DNA of 64,000 nt. It comes from Carcharhinus longimanus. Lineage: Eukaryota. Both the position numbers and the translations under genes were made by a program. Below are positions 35,480-47,399 of the stretch, in pieces. Below the pieces are notes generated by a model. It was not told the origin of the DNA. It was given only the letters and a program-made list of their open reading frames with translations, and did no database searches. Numbering within the stretch: position 1 is the first letter of the stretch; each line of letters starts with the position of its first letter. The stretch covers positions 84,205,363 to 84,269,362 of the forward strand of contig JASCQW010000027.1 of NCBI GenBank assembly GCA_030264375.1, written 5' to 3'.

Positions 35480-36220
35480 GACAGCATCAAAATGACATGA
35501 TTCCGGCAATAGTATTGATGTGTGCTCCATAACTTGCTGCAGCCCTAGTCAACTGTTCCAGCACAACTGCAACACTGGCATCTACCCAGCATTGTGGAAA
35601 ATTGCCCCTGTATGCCTTATACACAAGAAAGAGGACAATTCCAACCCAACCAATTACCACCCCATCTCGACAATTAGTAAACTGATGGAAGGGGATTTGC
35701 AAAAGTGCTATAAAGTGGCATTTACTCAGCAATAACATGCTCACTGGTGTTCAATTTGGGTTCTGCCAGGATCACTCAACTCATTACAGCTTTGGTTCGA
35801 ACAAAGGCAAAAGAGCTGAATTCCAGAGATGAAGTGAGAGCAACTGCCCTTGACATCAAGACAACATTTATTCGAGTGTGGCATCTAGAAGCCCTAGCAA
35901 ATAAAAAAAGTCAATGGGAATCAGGGGAAAATCTTTCACTGGTTGGAGTCATACCTGGCACAAAGGAAGATGGTGGTGATGGCTGGAAGTCAATCATATC
36001 AGCTCCAGAACATCACTGCAGGAGTCCCTCTGGGTAGTGTCCTAGGTCCAACCATCTTCACTTGCTTCATTAATGACCTCCCTTCCATCATAAGGCCAGA
36101 AGTGGGGGATGATCACTGGTGACTGCATAATCTCAGCGCTATTTGTGACTTCAAGATACTGAAGCAGTCTACATTCAAATGCAACAAGACCTTGACAATA
36201 TCCAGATTTGGGCTGACAAA
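35480..36220 (+). mobile_element. LINE family 2 RT fragment
   Basis: IYPALWKIAPVCLIHKKEDNSNPTNYHPIS, ALDIKTTFIRVWH, GVPLGSVLGP. Confidence 0.88.
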
Positions 36221-36811
36221 CCTCCACCATAGCCCCTCCAATTGCAACTCCCACAACCCAGAAATCGCACAGGGAGTGAATTCTCTCCGGCGGACTGTCC
36301 ATGCAAAGGCTGTGCATCCCCATGGATGCAATTGGCTGCCACCACTAATAAGTTTTCTTCACAGTTCTCAGCCCTTTTTTCACCTCTTCCTGACTCTGAT
36401 TTTCCAGGGCAGTTGTGAAGGAATGGAATATGAGGTTGGAAGCGGGGTGGTGAAAATTTTGGAGTGGGGCAGTAATCATGGGATAGCCAAAAGTAGTGGC
36501 TCTTCGATGCAGGCAGTGATATTACAGTCACTGCAACTGAAAATGCAATGGATGCACCATCTTCAGCTACAGTATCAGTAAACACAGCCAAAAAAAAGGT
36601 AGCATTCAGAATGTTCCCAAAGTAAATGACTCCAGTTGAGTCCATGCTCTGTAATACAAGACAGGGCTATTATTCAATCAGATAATCAGATGAAAGGAAT
36701 AAGGTTGTAAAATGACAAATGACCAACACCATAAACCTGAAGGAAAACAAATTGATAAATCTGTCATTTCCTAAAACAGGCCAAGTAAAGACAACTCAGC
36801 ATTGAAGAAGT

Positions 36812-37032
36812 AGTGGGTTTCCTCCAGGTCCTCTGGTTTCCTCCCACAGTCCAAAGATGTGTGAGTTAGGTTAATTGGCCAGGAAAGAAATTTCCCCTTA
36901 GTGTCCAGGGATGTGTAGGTTAGAAGGATTAGTGGGTAAATATGCAGGGATATCGGGGTAGGGTTGTGTTCGGTGCAGACTCAATGGACCGAAGGGCCTC
37001 TTTCTGCACTGTAGGGTTCTATGATTCCTATG
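36812..37032 (+). mobile_element. HE1-like V-SINE, 5'-truncated
   Basis: V-domain and ttctatgattcctatga tail. Confidence 0.85.
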
Positions 37033-38412
37033 AAAACGTTCATGCAAATCTGTATGAGGCAGCTGAGAGGACAATGTAATAAAATTGGAGAAGGCCAGTT
37101 AACTTGAATAAAGTGACCAAATATAGACTGCTCAAAGCAGCACCTATTCACATAAAATCATTTGCTAAGTGCTTACTATGATATGAATTATAAGGTGAAT
37201 CATGTGCTCTCCCACCTGGCAGAGTTGTTGGCTGGAGGGTATTTAATCATATGGGAGGATGGGACATGGAGACCCTGCCGCCTTCCCTCCTCCACCCCAA
37301 GTCCAGGATGGGAAGGTTCCCAACCTGCTGTCAACTGAGGCCCTTAAGTGAGCGTTAGGCCTCATACCTTGTTGTGCACCAGCGTATAAAGCCCCCACTG
37401 CTGGATTAGTACACTCCAAGTCCATCTAATCTTCTGGATATGGAGCCATGTACATTTTAGAAATGAGCATACAGCCTCCTCATAGGTCTCATTTTAGAAA
37501 GGGGGTCAGAGTTTATCTCCAAGGTTTATCGCAGTAGACCTTGGAGATAAACTGTAACACCTACTGAAGTTAATAGGTTTTTTTTTAAAAGGTTTATGGC
37601 TTTTTCTCTGCCAGTGGAAGGCATTGCTCTGGCAACACTTACCCCAGCCCTGATTGAATGAATAATTTCTGCTCCCTAACTTCCTCATCCTTCACCTAAC
37701 CAGAATTTAAACAATGCAAATAGAACAAAATACTTCAGAGGACATGTGTCGTTCCTGTAAGCTGCAGGGCAACATCAACACTCAAAACACAAACAGAAGT
37801 GACAGTCATCAAATGCCCTCAAGCGACTTCAACAATGAACAATGTTGAAGCGTAGCTGAACAGTGGTGCAATTGTTTTCTACGCTTCTGGCACCCTGGCA
37901 ATATTAATTTGTCAACAGCAATTGCTGCCTTGACTACTTCTTCACCCTTCACATCTTTAGGAGACTCTTAACAGCATCCTGCACAGTCACGTTCCTTGTA
38001 ACTAACGTACTGTGGAGCAAACTGTCATTGGATATTTCTCCAGGCATTCGACAGTACAACACAAGCAAGAAAATTCTTCTTTCAGATTTCCAAAATACTG
38101 TTCGAAGGACAGGGCTGAGACAAAAACAAACTTGCATTTCCCTATAATTTTTTAATATCCTCACCAAATTTCAAGGCGCTTCATAATCAATAAATGATTT
38201 TTGGATTTACTTTGAATGGTGAGTGATGCTACTGAACCCTGTTAGCTGTGAAGCCAGTTGGTAACTCAGTTATGTTCAAAAATTAAGTTTGTTAGCTTCT
38301 ACAAATAGCAATCGAATAATGATCAGATCATTTGTTTCAGATATGTTGGTTAAGAGATAAAGATTGGCCAGGACTTGTCTTCAGACTAGCACTCTGATCT
38401 GTTATAGAATCT

Positions 38413-39568
38413 TGGGGTGGAATTTTATGAGATTTTGTCCGAGTGTTGGGCAGGCATGAAACTGGGAGAGTTCCAGATCCATTTTTGAGGTTTTGAGGCC
38501 CAATTTATGCACTCTGTCTGCAAAATTTTGGACTAGGCTGTTTCTGGTCAGAGAGGCTGTGGGCAATCCGACAATCTATAGAGGGAGGTAGTGCGCATGT
38601 GCAGACCTCTGATGCTTCACATGCGCAATGACAGTAACAGGGGTCTGACAGACAAAGAGAGAGCTGTCAGGCCCCTACTACTGCAGGCAGNNNNNNNNNN
38701 NNNNNNNNNNNNNNNNNNNNNNNNNNNNNNNNNNNNNNNNNNNNNNNNNNNNNNNNNNNNNNNNNNNNNNNNNNNNNNNNNNNNNNNNNNNNNNNNNNNN
38801 NNNNNNNNNNNNNNNNNNNNNNNNNNNNNNNNNNNNNNNNNNNNNNNNNNNNNNNNNNNNNNNNNNNNNNNNNNNNNNNNNNNNNNNNNNNNNNNNNNNN
38901 NNNNNNNNNNNNNNNNNNNNNNNNNNNNNNNNNNNNNNNNNNNNNNNNNNNNNNNNNNNNNNNNNNNNNNNNNNNNNNNNNNNNNNNNNCTGCCTCCATT
39001 GACCCCACTCACATAGGGCCAGGAGGTGGGGCCAGACCCCCTAACCCTGCCCCCTGGCACTGCCCCCACATTGGCCCCGCCACCATTGACTCTGCCCCTG
39101 GCCTTCCCACTCGTTGGTCCTACCCCATGGCACTACCCAGTGGGCATTGCCAAAGTGCCAGAGTGGCACTGCCAGTCTGACACTGCCGAAGAGACACCCT
39201 TGCTTTGCCCTCGGCCTCCCTGGGGGGCCTCAATGGCCTCCGGTTCTACCAGCGAAGCCAACACGATTGTGCCCTTTCACAGGGAGCAGGTGTTTTCCAC
39301 CCTCACCGTCCCAGTGTGACCCTAAAGACAAATGAGCCCAGACAATTGAGTGGCAGGCTCGCTCAAGACATTAAAATGAACATTCAGATAAATTTAAATA
39401 AATTATCCAGCCTCTTGCCCATTTCTAGCTGGAAGCTGACCACACTAGAAATCTGGATGCCTTAAAATCCCAGTCACAAAAATTGGTGCCATTCAGGCTA
39501 ATTTACGCTATGATTTGTTTGCATTTTCCACTGCAAAACGGATGCAAAGCAGTGGTAAAATCCCACCT
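38413..39568. mobile_element. Harbinger-type non-autonomous element
   Basis: TIRs ggggtggaattttat / gtaaaatcccacc; 5' part shared with 41950-42311 (gcgcatgtgcagacctctga). Confidence 0.65.
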
Positions 39569-39739
39569 TGGTTTTACACCTCACTTGAAAGGCATTATCC
39601 CATGTTCTACTCCTTCACACCTATATTGATGCCCTGACCTAGATTTTGCATTTTAATTTGTTGTGGGACTGGAACTTGTGGCCTTTTGTTCGTTTCTGAT
39701 AAAGACCTGTTGGTAAATGTGCTTATAGCTAGAAGATCT

Positions 39740-39978
39740 GCTTGTGTGGAGTTTACACTTTCTCCCCCTGTCTTTGTGGGGTTCCTCCCATAATCCAAAG
39801 ATGTAGAAGTTAGGTTGATTTGCCATGCTAAATTGAACCTAGTGTCAGGGGGATTAGCAGGGTAAATGTGTGGGGTTGCGAGAATAGGGCCTGGGTGGGA
39901 TTGTGGTCAGTGTAGACTCGATGGGCTGAATGGGCTCTTTCTGCACTGTAGAGATTCTATGATTTTAATGATTCTATA
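39740..39978 (+). mobile_element. HE1-like V-SINE, 5'-truncated
   Basis: gtgtggagtttacac...gccatgctaaattg...gattctatgatt. Confidence 0.85.
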
Positions 39979-40799
39979 AGATATATACCTCAAATGAAAT
40001 CTGTCTTCTACAAAGGGAATCTCTGGCCTCAGTCTCTCTATTTCTATTGCACCCATTAAAAAGATTTTATGTCAAATGGTTGCCCCTTCTGAATCGAAAA
40101 AACAATGCTGTGGATTTTTTAAACTGCCTATTTGTTGCACTTTCTTCATATTACCATCAGTTAATTGTCAGGTAATAGGCATTGAATGAAATTAATAAGG
40201 GAAGTGCAACTAGAACCAGGAACTCAACAAAAAAACTTTAAGAAGGTCGGAAACAAAAACATCAACTTTTCTCAAGGAGATTTTGAGATCAAATTTCCAG
40301 GAGGAGTTTTCCAATTTTCAGTAAGTACTTTGGAGGAAGATTTGTTTTTCTGTGGTTCTGGGATCTAATTATTAGCCTGAAAATTGAATCCATGCTTCGT
40401 GGTCCTGCATTTTCCTCTCCAGTTGCTGGTAAAAGCCTTCCATTTTCAACCTCACTTAGTAGTGAGCAATATAATTATGGAAGAGTACGTGAGGTGGTTT
40501 CTCATTGCCTTCCTCATCTGCGGGTGAAGAAAACACAAGTCCTCCTCTTGAAGGATCCTCAGTTTGTAACGAGCCTTTGTCCCTTGAGATTCTTACCCTT
40601 CTGTCATTATTACCAAAGATTCTCTGGTTCCACAGGTTGACCATAGCTCTTGATCCTGACCATTAGACCCATTTCTGGGTCCAGAATGCTCAGAAAGGGC
40701 AGGGGCAAACACCCCTGAGTCATAAATGATGTTGTTACCCTGTGAGTCAATATATGGCCTGTTAAATGCTGGTGATCATATCCTTAATACAACAATGTC

Positions 40800-41665
40800 A
40801 AAGAATAAAAGAACAAAGAACAATACAGCACAGGAAAAAGCCCTACAGCCGAACAAGCCTGCACTGATACGCGGTTTCAGTCCCTCCGTTCGTCTCCTAT
40901 CCACGTGTCTATCAAGATACACCTTGAACATTGCTAACGGGCCTGCTTCCACCACCTCCACTGCCAGTGCGTTCCAGGCACCCCCATCACCGTCTGTGGG
41001 AAAAACTTTCCATGCATGTCTCCACTAAACTTACCACCTCTCACCTTAAACCTGTGCTATCTTGTAGTCGACCCTGCCAACCTGGGAAAAAGCCTTTGGT
41101 TATACACCCTGTCAATGTCGCTCATAATTTTGTACACCTCTATCAGGCCGCCCCTCAGGCTCCGTCTTTCCAGGGAAAACAATTGACTTTATCTAGCCTC
41201 TTCTCATACCCAAAACCTTCCAGACCTGGCGAATCTTCTTTGCACTATCTCCAAAGCATCCATGTGTTTCTGGTAATGTGGTGGCTAGAACTGCCAGCAA
41301 TGCTACAAATGCGGCCTAATTGAAGTTTTATATAGTTGTAAGGTAACTTGCCAACTTTTATATTTGAAGACCCAACCAATGAAGGCAAGTTTGCCATATG
41401 CAATCTTGACCACCTTATCTACCTGTGTTGCCAGTTTCGGGGAACATTGGACCTGTATGCCCAGATCCCTCTGTATGTTAATGTTCCTAAGGGTTCTGCC
41501 ATTTACTTTATAATTTGCACCTGAATTTGATCTTCTACAATGCATCGCCACACATTTGTCTGTATTAAACGTGATCTGCCATTTCTCTGCTCAAGTCTGC
41601 AATCTATCTATATCCTGCTGTATCCTTAAACAATCCTTGTCTCTATCTGTAACTCTGCCAATTCA
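40800..41665 (-). mobile_element. CR1 LINE 3' fragment
   Basis: QRDLGIQVQCSPK...LQLYKTSIRPHL; tail (TTCTTTG)-like repeats. Confidence 0.9.
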
Positions 41666-41949
41666 TTCTTCACACTTCTGACCCTCATTAGCTAAAGATC
41701 TGGACCAGTCCCTAATACCAGATTAGGTATCACTTCTTTGTGTGTGGAGAGACTGAGGTCAGAGATTCCCTTTGTGGGGGACAGATTTCCTTTATATGCT
41801 ATACAGCTTCTAGCTATATGTGTATTTACCAAAAGGGTCTTTATCAGAATCTAACAAGAAGACACAAGCTCCAGTTCCACAACAAATTTAAACACAAAAG
41901 ATGGAGGAATGAGCAAAGACCTGGCTTTGGACGGATCACCACTACATAT

Positions 41950-42311
41950 TGGGTGGAATTCTACAAGAATGATTCTAAGGGTCCAGCTAGTGTGAAAATC
42001 GGAGAGTTGGTGATCCATTTTGTAAGTGAGTTTTCATGCCCAATTTTGTGCATATAGTGCATGGAAAAAAGTCTAGATTATTTCTACTTGCTGCAGGCAG
42101 TGGGCTGAGCTTAATTTGCCAGCTGGCATGCAGAGGGAGCTATTGCGCATGTGCAGACCTCTGACACTGCACATGCACAATAGCAGCAGTACAGGTCTGA
42201 CAAAGAGAGCACAATCAGGCTTCTGTGTGATCCTGATTTCTCAGCTTTTGCATGATTTTACCAGCTCACTCTGCCCATCAATGGGTGGGGCGAGCCAGTA
42301 AAATCCTGGCC
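41950..42311. mobile_element. Harbinger-type internally deleted element
   Basis: gggtggaattctac / gtaaaatcctggcc; related to 38413-39568. Confidence 0.6.
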
Positions 42312-43561
42312 ATTGTCTCAATGAAATCAGCAGCCTGACCCCATGTCAGAATAATTTGTCAACAAGAACTTAAGTTATGAAAGTGGATAGAGGTGATGAA
42401 TTTAATGATCCTCCCAAAGGACATGTTTAAAGAGAGAGGGGGGGGCAGGTAGAAAGGTGTGGGGTGAAGATCTGACTGCACTCCAGCCTCCCTCCAATTT
42501 ATTCCAAGGCAGGCAGTCTTAAAAGTTATCACTTCAGGGCCTTGTCCCACCAATAGCTATGGGGGGGGTCAAACTATGCAGCCTACCACAAAGAATATCC
42601 TGGCTGGTAAAGGCCTGGAGCCTGAGATAGGGTTCCCTCTTGTTGAAAGCTCCTGATGGAGGCACCTCCCAGCAGCAACAATGGGATCCAGAGTAACAAC
42701 CTACCTCCCTCTCATCTCTCTTCTCCCCCTCCACCCTTCCTGTCTGACGCAGGCCAACCCATCCCATTCACCCTATTCCTGGGATTCCATCACTGTTTAC
42801 TTGCTTAGGCCGCACTGCAGCCCTGACAATGGCCACCAACCCTTGTGATGCCTGGCACTGGGAAGCCTCCTACCCCTCACCCGATTGGCTGGGAACTCTC
42901 CGTGGTGGAGCGGGGGCTGAGGAGTCGAGATTTTTCTCACCTATGCCAGGAAGTTTAAATGGGGGAAGATAAGTTTCTGGCTTAAGTTCAACAGACCTCC
43001 TGAAAATGGTCATGGAAATGTTGCCTCCGCTTTTCCTGTTGGTAAACTGTCGCCCCACTATGACCACTAAATTCCATTAGATAAATACATCATAAAACTA
43101 TAAGATGTCGGAGCAGAGGTAGGCCATTCAGCCCATTGATACTTCTCTGCCATTCAATGAGATCATGGCTGATCTGATATGATAATCCTCAACTCACTTT
43201 CCTGCCTTATNNNNNNNNNNNNNNNNNNNNNNNNNNNNNNNNNNNNNNNNNNNNNNNNNNNNNNNNNNNNNNNNNNNNNNNNNNNNNNNNNNNNNNNNNN
43301 NNNNNNNNNNNNNNNNNNNNNNNNNNNNNNNNNNNNNNNNNNNNNNNNNNNNNNNNNNNNNNNNNNNNNNNNNNNNNNNNNNNNNNNNNNNNNNNNNNNN
43401 NNNNNNNNNNNNNNNNNNNNNNNNNNNNNNNNNNNNNNNNNNNNNNNNNNNNNNNNNNNNNNNNNNNNNNNNNNNNNNNNNNNNNNNNNNNNNNNNNNNN
43501 NNNNNNNNNNNNNNNNNNNNNNNNNNNNNNNNNNNNNNNNNNNNNNNNNNNNNNNNNNNNN

Positions 43562-43769
43562 ACTAAGGGGCAATTTCTTAGCATGGCCAATCAACCTAAC
43601 CCACACATCTTTGGACGGTGGGAGGAAACCGGAGTACCCGGAAGAAACCCACGCAGACACAAGGAGAATGTGCAAACTCCACACAGACAGTGACCCGAGC
43701 CGGGAATTGAACCCAGGTCCCTGCAGCTGTGAAGCAGCAGTGCTAACCACTGTGCTACCATGCCACCCA
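43562..43769 (-). mobile_element. HE1-like V-SINE inserted in a minus-strand CR1 (approx. 43090-43935)
   Basis: Near-consensus head and V-domain; CR1 sequence on both sides. Confidence 0.9.
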
Positions 43770-44414
43770 TGAAGAAACTGTTCCCCATGCTGCACAAGGG
43801 GAAACAACCTTCCAGCATCTACCCTGTCAAGCTCCCCATATCTCAATAAGGTTACATCTCACTCTTATAAACTCCAATGACTACAGGCCCAACCTACATA
43901 AGTTCTCCTTATTTGAAGGACCATTCATCCGATCATATTAAATCAGACCTCCAGGCCCAACTATCACAAGGTACATTTCCTAAATAATTTAATAAATTTT
44001 CCTCATGAAAGTGCACTCATTGCACCAATCATCCTTTGTGTGCAGAAGATTGAGTGCTCCATTTCTGGATTTGCCTTTTTACCCGATAAAACCTTCATGC
44101 ACTTCCCTATTAGATAATAACTCTGCTCTACTTACTAAATCCTGCCCCTCTTGAATGCTGAAAAATAAAATGTTATGCTTCTCTGGTGCAGAGTATTGTA
44201 CCATAACATAATTTCCAGTGACAGCTTCTGTCTTCTGTATTATTATTTTCATTTCAAAATAATGCTTGTCACTGCATTTATGTAAAGGGCAGTTTTAAGG
44301 AATGATCCTCAAAGCTGATTGAATATTCCATGGTTATTTGCGGTTCTTAGCTCCAAAATCCACAAGATTTATGTGGGCTGTTGCTATCCTAGGCAACTGG
44401 ACTCCCCTGCAGTC

Positions 44415-44925
44415 CCAAATGAGGCGGAATTTCTTCATTGAAAGAGTCATGAATCCTTGGATTTCTCTACCCCAGAGTGCAGTGGATGCTAGAACACTGA
44501 ACAAATTTAAGGAGGGAGTAGGTAGGTTGGTTTTTAATTAGCAGTGGGATGAAGGGTTATGGGAAGCGGGCAGGAAGTTGGAGATGAAGTTGAGATGAGA
44601 TTAGCCATGATGGTAATGAATGGATCTTGGGTTCATGTCGCACTATCTGTAACCCCCATGACTTGCCTGGGTTTGCAAAACCTCACTTACTGTNNNNNNN
44701 NNNNNNNNNNNNNNNNNNNNNNNNNNNNNNNNNNNNNNNNNNNNNNNNNNNNNNNNNNNNNNNNNNNNNNNNNNNNNNNNNNNNNNNNNNNNNCCCGAAA
44801 GCTTGTGAGTCTATTATCAAATAAATCGGTTGGACTAAAACCTGGTGTTGTCAGACTTTTTACTGTGTAATGAATGGAGCAGCATGTTCAAGGGGCTGAA
44901 TTGTCTACTACTTCTAGTTTTTACG
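44415..44925 (+). mobile_element. CR1 3' end interrupted by a Penelope element
   Basis: MRRNFFIERVMNPWISLPQSAV; 3' UTR split at gtaatgaatgga. Confidence 0.8.
44625..44866 (+). mobile_element. Penelope-like element, 5'-truncated
   Basis: LGFMSHYL* ORF end; cgaaagcttgtg hammerhead half after the gap; exact 12-bp TSD GTAATGAATGGA (44613-44624, 44867-44878). Confidence 0.85.
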
Positions 44926-45074
44926 TGCTGGTGCTCTAAACTCCATCCCCACTCCTCCCTCTGTTTCACCACTCTCCAACTTACCTTTCTCCCAGCCCTC
45001 GGGTTGCTTGGTATGACACCAGTCCGGAAGTTGATGAAATGTATAGATCATTGGTTCTGGAGGAAAAAGAGTCG

Positions 45075-45510
45075 GCTTATGAAGAGAAACTGAAGAGACA
45101 GGGTCTATACTTATCGGAATTCAGAAGAATGAGGGGGATCTTACAGAAAGATTATGAAGGGAGTAGATAAGATCGAAGCAAGGAGACTATTTCCACTGGT
45201 GGATGAAGTTAGAACTAGAGGGCATAGCCTCAAGATAAGGGGGAACAGATTTAGGACTGAGTTGAGGAAGAACTTCTTCACTCAGCGGGTTGTGATTCTG
45301 TGGAATTCCCTATCCAGTGAAGCAGTTGAGGCTACCTCTTTGAATGTTTTTAAGGCAAAGATAGATCTTTGAACAGTAAGAAATGAAGGATTATGGTGAG
45401 CAGATGGGTAAGTGGAACTGAGTCCACGAAAAGATCAGCCATGATCCTATTGACTGGTGGAGCAGGCTCGTGGGGCCAGATGGCCTACTCCTACTCCCTA
45501 GTTCTTGTGT
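45075..45510 (+). mobile_element. CR1 LINE 3' end
   Basis: RTRGHSLKIRGNRFRTELRKNFFTQRVVILWNSL. Confidence 0.92.
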
Positions 45511-45539
45511 TGAAGCTTGGCACATTTTTGTCAATGAGA

Positions 45540-45702
45540 CTGATTGATTGATTTAATTTATTATTGTCATGTGTATTGGTATACAATGAAAAATATTGTT
45601 TGTTGTGCACGATAAAGACAAACCATGCCGTACATAGAGAAGGAAAGGGCACAGAATGTAGTGTTACAGTCACAGCTAGGGTGTAGAGAAAGATCAACTT
45701 GA
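45540..45702 (-). mobile_element. Rex/Babar-like LINE 3' end
   Basis: (ATCA)n-type tail; homologous to 4583-4790. Confidence 0.55.
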
Positions 45703-47135
45703 TACCCTTCCATAACATGTCTATCAGCCGGTCGGACAGAGGAGAAATTCACCCTGTAAAATCTATTTCAGTAAGAACTGAGAGGAAGTGTTATATACTT
45801 GTTCTCCAGATGCAGGATGTCATGCAGTGGGATAGATGTATCAGAAATTGGAGGTTTGGGAATCTGGAGGGCCCACACCATTTTCCATCCATTCAATTAA
45901 TTAATCTTTCTTCATTATTGCCTTTCTCATTGTTGCCAGCACATTGCTGAGTTTATCTCTCTTTCTCTTTGCACGGATCTGAATGCCATGTTGCAATATA
46001 TTGTATGAAATATTATTGAAATTAAACACATGTCTCCATTTCAAAGACAGAAGAAAGGATCAAGAGATAGAGCGCGATTCTAATAGACCTACGTTTGTAG
46101 AAGCTTCACCTTCCTCACTCTCTTAATGCATTTGTACATTAAAATGTGCAGGTGGTATGGACAGGAGGGCAATTAATTTAATCTGCCCTGATTCCTCCTT
46201 TTACTACTCATCTGTAAACAAATTGTGATTTTTGATTCCCTCCTTTATAAGTGGTGGCATTTTCCCTAACCCTTCATTATGGAGCAATCCGACCCTCTAT
46301 TAATAACCCCACAGCACACTTGGGTTAAAGTTAAAATAAGAGGGTTGGTTTACTTTACACCCATACAAATTTCAGAATGGGGTTTTGCAAAGTCAACCCT
46401 TCCACACTCCAATAATAAATGAAGAATAAGGAAAAGAAAGAGGCAGAGAGCAAGACCCTGATAAAAGTAAGAGTTATGGTTTGATGCGAGTCCGGACTCC
46501 AGAATCAAAAGTCCGAAGATGTATCCTTCAAAGGTTAGCAGGATGAAACTGTTGCAGAGTGATCCACCTTCCCAGAAGCAATGATTTCTCAAATGGGAGA
46601 AGGCATGCAGAAATGAATTAGTCTTATAGGCACCAGTACAGAAATTCCAATGTTCCAGTGGTACACACTAAATGAAAGTCAGCAGTTTACCTGTAGGGAG
46701 CTCTTTCTGCTGCTGCCTGTGAGGTCAATGGTAGGCTGTCTGAGTTCAGTTCCACACAGCAATATCACAAATTCTAGCAGCTTAGAGTAAATCATGTGAC
46801 ATACCTCCCACTTCTTCTCCTGCATTTTGGACAAAGGATGTATTTGTTTGAATCTAGAAGCTTGGAGTATTTAATAGAACAGATAGAGTCCCTTTTGTCC
46901 ATGTGGCCAGAGTTCTGCCCTAGAAATGTAAAAGATGTTGGAGTGTTTTTTAGGAATTTGAGTTTCTGTAGTTTTGGACAGCATTGGTGCCTCTTTAAAA
47001 GGTAAGAAGGACCCTGCCAGTCAGGCATATCAGGGCAAGGCCTTTGTCCATTTTTAAAATAAAAATAATAATTTTATAAAACAGTTAGCTTAATGTGGAT
47101 GTATATTTTCCCTTCTGTCATCTGAATGGGAGTAC

Positions 47136-47399
47136 ACACAGTAAGAAGTCTCACAACACCAGGTTAAAGTCCAACAAATTTATTTGNNNNNNNNNNAAGC
47201 TTTCAGAATGCTGTTCCTTTGTCAGATAAGTGACGCTCACCAGTGACGTTCCTTCGTCAAGTGAGTCCCACTCACCTGACAAAGGAACAATGTTCTGAAA
47301 GCTTGTGGGCTTGCTATCAAATAAACTTGTTGGACTTTAACCTGGTATATGAGATTTCTTACTATGTTTACCCCAGTCCAACACCAGCATCTCCACATC
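47136..47399 (+). mobile_element. Palindromic Penelope-derived element with hammerhead cores
   Basis: Inverted arms; CAC-CTGACAA-AGGAACAATGTTCT-GAAAGCTT-GTG at 47273-47306; tail ccccagtccaacaccagcatctccacatc. Confidence 0.85.

Noticed and set aside
46350-46592. Hydrophobic 80-aa ORF
   Set aside because: Hydrophobicity follows from the T-rich strand; no recognisable family or clear donor
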